64,000 nucleotides of DNA from an uncultured Gemmatimonadaceae bacterium (GCA_963761305.1 CAVXGK010000002.1:1408001-1472000), one strand, 5' to 3'. Shown: positions 8,963 to 18,571, counted from the stretch's first letter. Notes: generated from the sequence alone by a model not told the origin. Made by a program: numbers and translations.

Positions 8963-10234
8963 TTGAGAAATCGACGCATTGGAATCGTACCGATTGATCG
9001 CTCCGCGCTCAGCGGGAAAGCCCCTGAAAAACGGTCGGGGGAAACCCTACGCTGCAGCGGCCGGGCGACGACGGCCGCGAGTCTCATCGCGGATCCAGGA
9101 GATAACCGCCTGCGATACGTCGACGCCGTTCGAGTCTGGGCGGTCGCGCTCGTCTTCGTCGTGCACGTTGCCGAAGTCTTCAATCCGTGGGATGAATGGC
9201 ACATCACAAACGCCGACCGAAGCCGGGCCGCCGGCGAGATCGCGCTGATCGCTGCGCCGTGGGTCATGCCCATCATCATGCTCCTCGCGGGCGTGAGCGC
9301 CTGGTATTCGCTGCAGCGACGGGGAAATGGCGTCTACGTCCGCGAGCGCGTCGTTCGCGTGCTAATTCCGCTGATCGTTGGGACGCTGACGCTCGTTCCG
9401 CCGCAGGTCTACCTCGAGCGCCGGCTTCGCGGGCAGTTTCAGGGCTCCTTCATAGAGTTCTATCCTCACTTCTTCCAAGGGATCTACCCGAACGGAAACT
9501 TGTCCTGGCACCACCTCTGGTTTCTGGCGCACCTGTTCCTGTATTCCCTGATCGCCCTGCCGCTTTTTCGACACTGGCTGCGAAGCAACGGTGGACGAAC
9601 GATGTACTGGGCCGCGCGCGTGGCCGGCGCCCCGGGCGGGCTCCTGTGGCTGGCCATCCCGCTGATTCTCGAGCGAAACCTGCTGTGGGGACTCTTTCCC
9701 GAGCGGCACATGCTGGCCAGCGACTGGTCGAACCACGCGCTCCTGTTCGTCGCCTATGTGTACGGATTCGTGCTCGCGGGAACGCCGTGGCTGGGGCGCG
9801 CGATCGACACACAATGGCCGCGCGCGTTGGTGACCGCCGCCATCGGAACCGTTGCCCTGTCGATCGGTGCGTGGGTCGGCGTCGTGCCCACCCGAATTCC
9901 GCCGCCGTATTCGCTCGAGTACCTCGCGTTCTGGACGCTGTACGCGGTCGGCGCGTGGGCATGGATGGTCGCCATCCTCGGCATGGCCCGCCGTTGGCTC
10001 GACGGAGACAGCGCAGTCGTCCGGTACGGCCGGAGAACGGGTTACACCGTCTACATCGTCCACCAGCCGATCATCGTGGGCGTCGCGTACCTCGTGGTGC
10101 AGACGTCGGCGTCCGTCGCGTGGAAGTTTATGACGATCTTGGTTATCTCCGCCGTCGCGACGTTCCTCTCCGCAGAGCTCCTCACGCGCCTCCCGATTCC
10201 CGCCCTTTCGGGTTCCCCGCGCGAACCGACGTGA
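8963..10234 (+). CDS. Acyltransferase-3 family membrane protein (OpgC/MdoC-like); true start uncertain
   Basis: RLRYVDAVR...H, PWVMP...LLAG, ERVVRVLIPL, HHLWFL, YIVHQP motifs; multi-pass hydrophobic. Confidence 0.8.
   Translation: MRNRRIGIVPIDRSALSGKAPEKRSGETLRCSGRATTAASLIADPGDNRLRYVDAVRVWAVALVFVVHVAEVFNPWDEWHITNADRSRAAGEIALIAAPWVMPIIMLLAGVSAWYSLQRRGNGVYVRERVVRVLIPLIVGTLTLVPPQVYLERRLRGQFQGSFIEFYPHFFQGIYPNGNLSWHHLWFLAHLFLYSLIALPLFRHWLRSNGGRTMYWAARVAGAPGGLLWLAIPLILERNLLWGLFPERHMLASDWSNHALLFVAYVYGFVLAGTPWLGRAIDTQWPRALVTAAIGTVALSIGAWVGVVPTRIPPPYSLEYLAFWTLYAVGAWAWMVAILGMARRWLDGDSAVVRYGRRTGYTVYIVHQPIIVGVAYLVVQTSASVAWKFMTILVISAVATFLSAELLTRLPIPALSGSPREPT
9012..9050. promoter_or_regulatory. Tandem 17-bp palindromic sites between sigma factor and acyltransferase
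   Basis: gcgggaaagcccctgaa (9012) and gtcgggggaaaccctac (9034), 22 bp apart. Confidence 0.6.
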
Positions 10235-10246
10235 GCCGGCGTCGGG

Positions 10247-10285
10247 GTCAGGCGTTCCACAGGAACCAGTGCCGTTTTTTCCGAC
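10247..10285. promoter_or_regulatory. Tandem half-matching 17-bp sites upstream of the BON operon
   Basis: gtcaggcgttccacagg (10247) and gtgccgttttttccgac (10269), 22 bp apart. Confidence 0.45.
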
Positions 10286-10364
10286 AGACGCGGCACGATC
10301 CTGAGACTATCATCGCATCGCTGATCCCTGCGCGAGGTGCAGGGCACTCATCACGGGAGGGGTT

Positions 10365-11021
10365 ATGATCAAGACCGATTCGAAGTTGCAGCGAGACGTG
10401 ATCGACGAGCTTCATTGGGACCCGGCAGTCGGGTCCGCCGAGATCGGCGTTGCGTCGAGAAATGGCGTCATCACGCTCAGCGGACAGGTTGGCAGCTTCG
10501 CCACGAAGCATGCGGCGGTGTTGGCCGCCGAGCGAGTCGCCGGCGTACGGGCGATCGCTGAGGAACTCAAAGTCGTGCTGCCGATGTCGCACGTTCGCAC
10601 CGACACCGATCTGGCGCACGGCGCAGCGTCGACGCTGAAATGGGACGTGCAGGTGCCCGACGATGCGGTGAAGGCACGCGTCGAGGATGGATGGGTGTGG
10701 CTCGAGGGAGAGATCGAATGGCAGTTTCAGTCGACCGCCGCCGAGCGTGCAGTCCGTAACCTCACCGGCGTCCGTGGCGTTACCAACTCGATTCGCGTGA
10801 AGAAGATCCCATCGACGGCGGACGTGAAGGCGAGGATCGAGAACGCGCTGAAGCGTCACGCCGAGTTGGACTCGAAGCAGATTCGGGTCGAGGCGACCGA
10901 CGGGCGCGTGACGCTCAGCGGTACGGTTCGCTCTCGGGCAGAGCGTGAGGAGGCCGAGTTCGCGGCGTGGTCGGCGCCCGGAGTGACGAAGGTGGACGAT
11001 CAGCTCTTTGTGCTGGTCTGA
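10365..11021 (+). CDS. Triple BON-domain protein (OsmY-like)
   Basis: KTDSKLQRDVIDELHWDP...GVITLSGQV...; three repeats ending AAWSAPGVTKVDDQL; ggagg RBS. Confidence 0.93.
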   Translation: MIKTDSKLQRDVIDELHWDPAVGSAEIGVASRNGVITLSGQVGSFATKHAAVLAAERVAGVRAIAEELKVVLPMSHVRTDTDLAHGAASTLKWDVQVPDDAVKARVEDGWVWLEGEIEWQFQSTAAERAVRNLTGVRGVTNSIRVKKIPSTADVKARIENALKRHAELDSKQIRVEATDGRVTLSGTVRSRAEREEAEFAAWSAPGVTKVDDQLFVLV

Positions 11022-11069
11022 GCAGTTCAACGGGCTACCGGCCGATAGGCCGGTAGCCCAGGAGACGCG

Positions 11070-11537
11070 ATGCAGTCCCGTTCTCAGTTGCAGCTGGATG
11101 CTCAACTTCAAGCGGCGGTCCTGGGCGCGCTTGGCGCGGACGGCAGTTTCGCGCCGACCGACGTCGGAGTCGGCGTCAGTGATGGCGTCGTCTCACTTAC
11201 CGGAGAGGTGGACAGTCTCTTGAAGCGAACTCGGGCCGGTCGCGCGGCTGAAGACGTCGCCGGCGTGCGCTCCGTGGCCAACGACATTACCGTTCGGCTG
11301 AGTCAGGACCACCGGCGAACGGATCTCGACATTGCGCACGACGCGTTGAGCGCGTTGGAGGCGGATGTCGACGTCCCCGACAAAACGATCAAACCTCGCG
11401 TGCAAGACGCATGGATCTGGCTGGTCGGCGAAGCCGAGAATGAACACCAGCGTCGCGCGGCGGAAAGCGCGGTCGAATCGATCGCGGGAGTCAAAGGCGT
11501 TACGAGCGTGGTGCGCCTGAAACGGTCTCACGTTTGA
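11070..11537 (+). CDS. Double BON-domain protein
   Basis: VSDGVVSLTGEVDS...VAGVRSVANDI, then a second repeat WIWLVGE...IAGVKGV. Confidence 0.85.
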   Translation: MQSRSQLQLDAQLQAAVLGALGADGSFAPTDVGVGVSDGVVSLTGEVDSLLKRTRAGRAAEDVAGVRSVANDITVRLSQDHRRTDLDIAHDALSALEADVDVPDKTIKPRVQDAWIWLVGEAENEHQRRAAESAVESIAGVKGVTSVVRLKRSHV

Positions 11538-13084
11538 TGCGTGCGGCGCACGAGGAACCCGATGTCCTGCGCCTCAAACGGCTCGGGATCGATACGTATC
11601 AGGAGCTCGTCATCTTCATGGCGCGTTCGTCGCCCATCTGCCGGTCGGAAGGATGGGCGGCGCAGTCGCGGCTTCAGGTGGCGTGCAACGGACGCTCGAT
11701 CGTCGCCACGCTGAACGTCACGACCGATGGTCTTCTCGGTGCCGACGAAGCCAGTCTGTCGGAAGCGGCGTGGCAACTGCTCGCAGCGAAGAACGGCGAC
11801 CTCGTGCGATTGTCGCAGTCGCCGCCGGTCGACTCTCTCAGCCATGTGCGGGCGAAAGTCTATGGCGACGAGCTGCCACCGGCCGCCATCGAGGCGATCG
11901 TGCGGGACATCGTCGCCGGGCGATATTCTGACATCGATCTCGCCGCATTCGTGACGGCGTTCGCGGGGCCGCATGCGAACGCCGACGAGACCATCGCGTT
12001 GACGCGCGCCATGGTCGACACGGGCGAACGTTTGTACTGGGGCCACTCTCCGATCGTCGACAAGCACTGCGTGGGCGGTCTCCCGGGCAACCGCACGAGC
12101 ATGATCGTCGTGCCCATCGTGGCCGCGTGCGGGTTGACGATGCCGAAGACCTCGTCGCGCGCCATCACATCGCCCGCCGGTACCGCAGACGCGATGGAGA
12201 CGATCGCGCCCGTCGATCTCGATCTCGACGCGATGCGACGGGTCGTCGAGCGAGAAGGCGGCTGCATCGTGTGGGGCGGACGGGTTCGACTGGCGCCGGC
12301 CGACGACGTGATCATCAGCGTGGAGCGTCCGCTGGACTTCGACAGCCCGGCTCAACTGGTCGCGTCGATCTTGTCGAAAAAATCCGCTGCCGGTTCGACG
12401 CACGTCGTGATCGACATGCCGATCGGTCCGACGGCGAAGGTGAGATCCGACGCGGCGGCCGACGTGCTCGAAACCCTGATCGATTCCGTGGCCCGCTCGC
12501 TCGGGATGTCGTTGCGAGTGGCGCGCACCGACGGCACGCAGCCGGTCGGACGCGGAATCGGGCCGGCGCTCGAGGCGCGCGATGCGCTCGCCGTTCTACA
12601 TCGCGATGCGGAAGCGCCGGCCGACCTGCGCGAACGGTCACTGACGCTCGCGGGGATGGTGCTCGAGCTCGGGGGCGCGGCCGACACCGGATCCGGCATC
12701 GCTCGCGCCACGCAAGCGCTGGACGACGCCTCGGCGGAGCAAAAGCTCCGCGCCATCTGCGAGTCCCAAGGTGGGATGCGCGAGCCGAGAGTGTCGCGGC
12801 TGACGTACGTCGTGACGGCGACGCGCGCGGGACGCATCACGGGAATCGACAACCGCCGTCTCTCCCGCCTCGCAAAGCTCGCGGGCGCTCCGCGCGCCCA
12901 GGGCGCGGGTGTCGAACTGCACGCGACGGTCGGCACGCCGGTGGACCGCGATGAACCCCTTCTGACGATCCACGCCGAAACGCCAGGGGAGCTCGACTAC
13001 GCACGAGCATACCTGCGTGCGAATGCTCAGATGATCGATCTGGAAGACGCGCCCGTTGGCGCCCACGCGGGCGGCCGGAGCTGA
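11537..13084 (+). CDS. Thymidine phosphorylase-family protein, long AMP-phosphorylase-like form
   Basis: N-terminal extension LGIDTYQE...; DKHCVGGLPGNRTS, PKTSSRAITSPAGTAD, SILSKK, QPVGRGIGPALEA. Confidence 0.9.
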   Translation: MRAAHEEPDVLRLKRLGIDTYQELVIFMARSSPICRSEGWAAQSRLQVACNGRSIVATLNVTTDGLLGADEASLSEAAWQLLAAKNGDLVRLSQSPPVDSLSHVRAKVYGDELPPAAIEAIVRDIVAGRYSDIDLAAFVTAFAGPHANADETIALTRAMVDTGERLYWGHSPIVDKHCVGGLPGNRTSMIVVPIVAACGLTMPKTSSRAITSPAGTADAMETIAPVDLDLDAMRRVVEREGGCIVWGGRVRLAPADDVIISVERPLDFDSPAQLVASILSKKSAAGSTHVVIDMPIGPTAKVRSDAAADVLETLIDSVARSLGMSLRVARTDGTQPVGRGIGPALEARDALAVLHRDAEAPADLRERSLTLAGMVLELGGAADTGSGIARATQALDDASAEQKLRAICESQGGMREPRVSRLTYVVTATRAGRITGIDNRRLSRLAKLAGAPRAQGAGVELHATVGTPVDRDEPLLTIHAETPGELDYARAYLRANAQMIDLEDAPVGAHAGGRS

Positions 13085-13085
13085 C

Positions 13086-13985
13086 GTGTCGCGACCTCTC
13101 CTGTTCGGACTGACGGGGAACGAAGAGTACGCTCAGCGGCTCGCGATGCTCGTCGGTGGAGAGGCTGGCGCCCTGGAGAGTCGCTGCTTTCCAGACGGCG
13201 AATCGTATCTGCGCGTCGCCACCGACGTGTCCGGGCGAGAGGCCGTGCTCGTGTGCACGCTGAACGAGCCCAATGGCAAAGTGCTTCCGCTCGTCTTTCT
13301 TGCCGATGCTCTCCGTGAACTCGGCGCGCGTCTCGTCGGACTCGTCGCTCCGTATCTCGCGTATATGCGGCAGGACACGCGCTTCCACTCCGGCGAAGCC
13401 GTCACGTCGCGCTCATTCGCGGAACTCCTCTCCGAGCACGTCGACTGGTTGGTGACGGTAGATCCGCACCTGCACCGGATCGCGCATCTGACGGACATCT
13501 ATTCCATACCGGCCATCGCGGTGCACGCGTCGCAAGACATCGGACGCTGGATCGCCGCGAACGTGGCCGACCCGCTCATCATCGGTCCCGACGAGGAGAG
13601 CGCGCAGTGGGTGCGCGACGTAGCCCTCGCCGCGAACGCGCCATCAACCGTACTCACGAAGATTCGACGGGGCGACTCCGAGGTCGTGGAATCGATCCCG
13701 AATCTCGCTGATCATCGCGGGCGGGTCCCCGTCCTCGTCGACGACATCGTATCGACGGGACGAACCATGCTCGCTGCGCTGGACCATCTCCGCACCGAAC
13801 GCGCGCCGGCCGCGTGGTGCGTCGGCGTTCACGCGGTGTTCGCCGGCGATGCCTATTCGATGCTGCAAAATGCCGGCGCTGCGGGCATCGTCACGACGAA
13901 CACCATCGCACACGCCTCAAACCGCATCGACATCGCGCCGACTATCGCGATTCACGTACGACAGCGACTCGACGAAGCGACGTGA
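13086..13985 (+). CDS. Ribose-phosphate pyrophosphokinase (short, class III-like)
   Basis: FPDGESY, APYLAYMRQD, VDPHLH, GPDEES, VLVDDIVSTGRT; GTG start 1 nt after the upstream stop. Confidence 0.9.
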   Translation: MSRPLLFGLTGNEEYAQRLAMLVGGEAGALESRCFPDGESYLRVATDVSGREAVLVCTLNEPNGKVLPLVFLADALRELGARLVGLVAPYLAYMRQDTRFHSGEAVTSRSFAELLSEHVDWLVTVDPHLHRIAHLTDIYSIPAIAVHASQDIGRWIAANVADPLIIGPDEESAQWVRDVALAANAPSTVLTKIRRGDSEVVESIPNLADHRGRVPVLVDDIVSTGRTMLAALDHLRTERAPAAWCVGVHAVFAGDAYSMLQNAGAAGIVTTNTIAHASNRIDIAPTIAIHVRQRLDEAT

Positions 13986-14016
13986 GACCATGCGCGGGCA
14001 ACGCCGTGGGTGGTCA

Positions 14017-15000
14017 TTATTCGCGCGCCAGCGACGGCAGCTGCCGAACTACCTCGGCCTCGTCGAGCGTCAGACTGGTCTGGCGTCGCTCGACTGGACG
14101 GTAGAGCAACACCGGCACTCGGCTCGATCGAAGCACCTTGTCCGCGACGCTTCCAAGCAGAAGACGAGACGCGCCGCGGCCATGCGTGGACATCGCGATG
14201 ACATCGGCATCATGGGCCACCGCCTGGTCGACGATCGCTTGAGCCGCGTGCTCGGCAATGACCACGTGGGCGTCGATCGTAACGCCCGTTTCGTCTTGCA
14301 ATCGGCGCGCAACCGATTCGAGATCGGCCGTCACCTGCCGGGCGAGCTGCCGCGTGGCGGCTTCGTCGACCACCATCGGCGCGGTCGTGACGGCCATCGT
14401 TGGCTCGTACGCCATGACCAATGGCACGATCGGCGCGATGCGAAGCAGGGTCACCGACGCGTGCGCCGCTCGAGCGAGCTCGGTTGCCGCCGGCACCACA
14501 CCAGTAGCAAACGCTGAACCGTCCATTGGAATGAGGACGCGCTTGATGCTCCGCGCTGCGGCACGCCGGTCGGCGGGCCCCTGTTCAGACCGGACAATGA
14601 GAACGGGGATCGCCGCGTTGCGCATCACCGCGTCGGCGACGCTGCCGAGCCACGCGCGGCTGAACCCCGTGCGTCCATGCGACGTCATCACGATGAGGTC
14701 TGCGCCAATCTCTCGCGCCCGTCGCACGATCATCTCGGCTGGCGCGCCGCGCAGAACGGCGTGCGTCGCGGTGACGTGCGCTCCCGACTCGAGCTCGGCG
14801 GCGATTGTCTCGACGTACTTCTCTTCGGCCGCGGGATCGTCGTCCCAGGGCAGATCGGCGTAGCCGGCGAACGTGAACGGCTCGTGGACCAATGCGACAT
14901 CGATGGTCGCACCGGATTCCCGGGCGACGGATGCAGCATGACCGATCGCCTGTTCAGCCAGCGACGAGCGGTCGAGCGGAACGAGCAGCTTGCGAAACAT
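14017..15000 (-). CDS. Universal stress protein (tandem USP domains), paralog of 1832-2812
   Basis: MFRKLLVPLDRS...ADLIVMTSHGRTGFSRAWLGSVAD; second domain ...AMSTHGRGASRLLLGSVADKVLR. Confidence 0.93.
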   Translation of the reverse strand: MFRKLLVPLDRSSLAEQAIGHAASVARESGATIDVALVHEPFTFAGYADLPWDDDPAAEEKYVETIAAELESGAHVTATHAVLRGAPAEMIVRRAREIGADLIVMTSHGRTGFSRAWLGSVADAVMRNAAIPVLIVRSEQGPADRRAAARSIKRVLIPMDGSAFATGVVPAATELARAAHASVTLLRIAPIVPLVMAYEPTMAVTTAPMVVDEAATRQLARQVTADLESVARRLQDETGVTIDAHVVIAEHAAQAIVDQAVAHDADVIAMSTHGRGASRLLLGSVADKVLRSSRVPVLLYRPVERRQTSLTLDEAEVVRQLPSLARE

Positions 15001-15045
15001 GGAAATCCCTCGAGCGAGAGCAATGTTGACGGCAACTTGAACCTT

Positions 15046-15105
15046 GTCCGGTATTCGTCGATGGGAGTCGGCGAATGGTGTCGTCTTCGTCAGCGTTTCC
15101 CCGAT
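15046..15105. promoter_or_regulatory. Three phased 17-bp sites upstream of USP
   Basis: gtccggtattcgtcgat (15046), gtcggcgaatggtgtcg (15067), gtcagcgtttccccgat (15089); spacing 21 and 22 bp. Confidence 0.55.
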
Positions 15106-15207
15106 CCTTCGGAATGTATCGCGCAGGTTGCGAGACGAGGCGCGGCGAGCGGGACCGGAATCGTCCATGCTCGTCGCGCCGAACGAATAGCGCAGGAGGC
15201 CGGAGGC

Positions 15208-15267
15208 GTGCGGATTCCCCCGACATCGACGCTCGAGCAACCCGACGCTCGCGCCCGGGATCTCGAC
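15208..15267. promoter_or_regulatory. Three phased 17-bp sites upstream of the AI-2E transporter
   Basis: gtgcggattcccccgac (15208), cgctcgagcaacccgac (15230), gcgcccgggatctcgac (15251). Confidence 0.5.
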
Positions 15268-15313
15268 GCATTTTGTAAGGCGAGCACGCGGTTACCCTCT
15301 TCGGAAAGGGCGA

Positions 15314-16360
15314 ATGCGAACGGTCGGGTCGAGAGCGTCGGGCTCACGCGTGACGAATCACCGGTTGATCGCCGGCGCCGTCGTCGCGGCGCTTGGTCTC
15401 TGTTTGAGCATCGCGCTCTTTCCGTTCATCCCCGGGTTGCTCGGCGCGCCGATTCTCGTGGTAATCTTCTCGCCGCTGTACCAGCGTCTCGAGCGGCGTA
15501 TGCGTCCCGGAGCCGCAGCCGGAGTGACGATCGCGGCAGCAATCGCGTTGGTGCTCATTCCCGGCGTCACGCTCGGTGTGCTGGTCGTGCGACAGGTTCC
15601 GAAGGTGCTCGCCGGCTCTGATCTCACCGGCCTGCTGGCACGCTTGTCATCGCTCGAAGTGCACGGCGTGGCCGTCGGAGCCGGTCTGGCCGCGGCGGGC
15701 CGTTCGCTGAGCACGTGGGGATCACAGCAAGTCCTCAAAGTCGCGACGAGCGCGACTCGCGCCGCGGTGAACCTCGTCATCGCGTTCTTTGCTTTCTACT
15801 ATCTGCTCGTGGCGGGCGACCAAACGTGGCGGTCGTTTTGCGCCTACTCACCGTTCTCGCATTCGACCACGGAACGGCTGCGAGCCAAGTTCCGCAGCGT
15901 CACGAAGGCTACGCTGCTCGGCATCGGCTTGGGTTCGCTGGTGCAGGCGATCGTGATCGGAACGGGCTTCGCCGTCACCGGGTTGCCCGACGCGATCTTC
16001 TGGGGCGCCGTGGCGGGAATCGTCTCCGTGCTACCGATGATCGGAGCTTCACTCGTCTGGGGTTCCGGAACGATCGCGCTGGTCGTGGGGCACCGATACG
16101 CCGCCGCGCTCGTTCTGGCACTCATCGGCGGCGTGATTTCGGCCCACGTCGAGAATCTTATTCGGCCGATCGTCTCGCGTCGCGTCTCCAAGATTCATCC
16201 CGTCATCACGCTCGTCGGCGCGTTCGCCGGGATCCGCTACATCGGATTGCCCGGCGTGCTTCTCGGCCCGTTAGCGCTCGCGTATTTCTTCGAGCTGCTC
16301 CGCGCGTTCGAGCTCGAGTTTCTCGGCGCGCCGACGCGAGTCGTCGACACCATCGGCTAG
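15314..16360 (+). CDS. AI-2E family transporter
   Basis: Multi-pass membrane protein with SVLPMIGASLVW, ENLIRP, HPVITLVGAFAG...GLPGVLLGP; alternative GTG start at 15350. Confidence 0.88.
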   Translation: MRTVGSRASGSRVTNHRLIAGAVVAALGLCLSIALFPFIPGLLGAPILVVIFSPLYQRLERRMRPGAAAGVTIAAAIALVLIPGVTLGVLVVRQVPKVLAGSDLTGLLARLSSLEVHGVAVGAGLAAAGRSLSTWGSQQVLKVATSATRAAVNLVIAFFAFYYLLVAGDQTWRSFCAYSPFSHSTTERLRAKFRSVTKATLLGIGLGSLVQAIVIGTGFAVTGLPDAIFWGAVAGIVSVLPMIGASLVWGSGTIALVVGHRYAAALVLALIGGVISAHVENLIRPIVSRRVSKIHPVITLVGAFAGIRYIGLPGVLLGPLALAYFFELLRAFELEFLGAPTRVVDTIG

Positions 16361-16842
16361 TTTCGGAGCGCGCCGCTCACACCATTCTCTGAGCGGGCCT
16401 TTTCGAGGATCAGTCGTTGCTCGGCGACGGCGATGTTCCGCCGCGCGCGGTCGATTGCGTCGACGTTCACCGAAATGGAATCGATCCCCCACCCCACGAG
16501 TCTCGCCGCGTACTCGGGATGGACCGAGGGAGCCTGACCACAGATCGAGCAGGTCAGTCCGAGGGCGCGGCACGTCGTGACGATCGATCGGATGGCGTCG
16601 AGCACCGCCGCGTCGCGCTCATCGTAGTCCGCACCGAATAACTCACTGTCGCGATCGACCCCAAGCATCAGCTGCGTGAGATCATTCGAGCCGATGGACA
16701 CGCCGGTGATGCGGAGGCCCGCGAACCTTGCGTTCGGTCCGGAGGCGTGACCGGACCACTCGCGCTCGAGGCCGGTCGCCAAGCCGACTAGTCCGGCGAT
16801 GATCAACCTGGTGGCGATGTCTCGCTGCCCGTCCACCGGCAT
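16357..16842 (-). pseudogene. In-frame deletion chimera: MgtC/SapB N-terminus fused to PEP synthase C-terminus
   Basis: GLATGLEREWSG...RFAGLR (MgtC start) joins near 16710 to ITGVSIGSNDLTQLMLGVDRD...SICGQAPS...GIDSISVN (PpsA end). Confidence 0.85.
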
Positions 16843-16904
16843 TGCTGCTTCTCGTCGGCGCGGTGCTACGACTCGAACACTGCTGAATGGCGAGGTGCGA
16901 GTCT

Positions 16905-16976
16905 GTCAGGCGAAGGCTGTGGACCGTCAGGAGTCCACTGACTCCCCCGGTTCGCCCACACGGGCAGGTTCCCTAC
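16905..16976. promoter_or_regulatory. 17-bp palindromic sites between the mgtC remnant and lptB-like gene
   Basis: gtcaggcgaaggctgtg (16905), the perfect-arm copy gtcaggagtccactgac (16926, +21 bp), and acgggcaggttccctac (16960). Confidence 0.6.
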
Positions 16977-16977
16977 C

Positions 16978-17778
16978 ATGACCCTCGTGCATCCCACTGC
17001 GGCAACCGAGCGCGACTCGCTGCGCGCTGACTCGTTGCGCTGGCATCACGCCGGCCGATGGATCGTGGACGGCGTGGACCTCACCGTACGCCGCGGCGAA
17101 ATCGTCGGGCTGCTCGGCCCAAATGGAGCGGGCAAGACCGTCACCCTCTCGATGATCGTCGGGTTGCTCAAGCCGACCGGCGGCCGCGTCTGGATCGGCG
17201 ACGCCGACGTCACAGGCCGGCCGCTCTACGAGCGCGCGCGCCTCGGGCTCGGCTATCTCCCGCAGGAACGATCGATCTTCACCAAGCTGAGCGCACGAGA
17301 CAACATCGTCGCCATTCTCGAAACGAGACGGATGAACAGGCGTGCCGTCCGCGCGCGCGCCGCTGAGCTACTCGCGCAATTTGGTCTCGACCACGTGGCG
17401 GATTCACTCGCCGTCCAACTGTCGGGTGGCGAACAGCGGCGGCTCGAGATCGCGCGCGCGCTGGCGAGCGAACCGCACTTCATCCTGTTCGACGAGCCGT
17501 TCGCGGGCATCGACCCGCTGACGGTGGAGGCGTTGCATCGGGTGTTGATCGAATTGCGGAAGCAGGGGGTCGGCTTGCTGCTGACGGATCACAACGTGCG
17601 CGAGACTCTGAGTCTGTGCGACCGGACCTACGTCCTGTTCGACGGGCGCGTTCTCGCCGAGGGCGTCGCGTCGACGCTGGTCGCCAACGAGGAGGTTCGC
17701 CGGCATTTCCTCGGTGAAGGGTTCGAGCTCGACCGGCCGTCCCCCGCCCTCGCGCCGGTCGCGCACGCGACGCCATGA
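16978..17778 (+). CDS. lptB: LptB-like ABC transporter ATP-binding protein (orphan copy)
   Basis: GLLGPNGAGKT, RARLGLGYLPQE, LSGGEQRRLEIARALA, DEPFAGIDP, LLTDHNVRETL. Confidence 0.85.
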   Translation: MTLVHPTAATERDSLRADSLRWHHAGRWIVDGVDLTVRRGEIVGLLGPNGAGKTVTLSMIVGLLKPTGGRVWIGDADVTGRPLYERARLGLGYLPQERSIFTKLSARDNIVAILETRRMNRRAVRARAAELLAQFGLDHVADSLAVQLSGGEQRRLEIARALASEPHFILFDEPFAGIDPLTVEALHRVLIELRKQGVGLLLTDHNVRETLSLCDRTYVLFDGRVLAEGVASTLVANEEVRRHFLGEGFELDRPSPALAPVAHATP

Positions 17779-17785
17779 AGCGAAA

Positions 17786-17813
17786 CGGCCGCCCGCATCA
17801 TCACGGGCGGCCG
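17786..17813 (-). terminator. Intrinsic terminator-like hairpin after hsp20
   Basis: 10-bp stem cggccgcccg/cgggcggccg followed by TTT on the minus strand, between convergent genes. Confidence 0.55.
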
Positions 17814-17851
17814 CCGAAGCCGCATGTGTCGCCGAATGGAAGCACGGTCTT

Positions 17852-18355
17852 TCAGGCTGACTTGATCTCCACCTTGCGACCCGCCGACTTCACCTCGCCG
17901 TTCTTCGGGATGTGCACCTTCAGCAGTCCCTTGCTGAACTCGGCGTTGACCTTGGAGGCGTCGACTCCGGTCGGCAGCGAGAACGACCGCTGGAACGAGC
18001 CGTAGCTCCGCTCATAGAGGTAGACCTTCTTGTCTTCCTCCTCCTTCTTCTCCTCGATCTTCTCGCCGCCGATCGACAGTACGCCGTCTTCGACGTCGAC
18101 TGTGATGTCCTTCAGTTCCATGCCCGGAAGCTCGGCGGTGAGGGCGAATTCCTTGGGCGTCTCGACGATGTCCATTGCCGGAACCCACCCGATGGTCTCC
18201 GGGAAAGACGCCGCGGCGAACGGCTCGTTCAGCGCGCGTTCTATGAAGCGATTCATTCGATTCTCTACGTCATCGAATGTCGGGAACGCCGTCGATGAAA
18301 GAAACCCCGGGAACGCGATGCGGGGTTGGCGACGGGTGAATCTGACGAGTGCCAT
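17852..18355 (-). CDS. Hsp20/alpha-crystallin small heat shock protein
   Basis: WVPAMDIVET...AELPGM...ERSYGSFQRSFSLP...AEFSKGLLKVHIPK; ggagg RBS. Confidence 0.95.
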   Translation of the reverse strand: MALVRFTRRQPRIAFPGFLSSTAFPTFDDVENRMNRFIERALNEPFAAASFPETIGWVPAMDIVETPKEFALTAELPGMELKDITVDVEDGVLSIGGEKIEEKKEEEDKKVYLYERSYGSFQRSFSLPTGVDASKVNAEFSKGLLKVHIPKNGEVKSAGRKVEIKSA

Positions 18356-18502
18356 ATCGCCTCCTGTTGGAGAGTTCGTCCGGTCCATGGTCAGTCGCGA
18401 CCGAACGCCAACATGATGCTGCGACTTGGTCGGCTCGTCAGTCGGCGAATAGCGAAGCGGCCGTGCGGAGGCGCCTGTCGGTGAAATGCGCGCGCCGATC
18501 GC

Positions 18503-18540
18503 GTGCGGGGTTTCCGGACAAAGCCGCGGACTTCCCCGAC
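18503..18540. promoter_or_regulatory. Tandem 17-bp palindromic sites upstream of hsp20
   Basis: gtgcggggtttccggac (18503) and ccgcggacttccccgac (18524), 21 bp apart. Confidence 0.6.
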
Positions 18541-18571
18541 CGCGCACCGCCTACAAGCGCGTCACTTTCCA

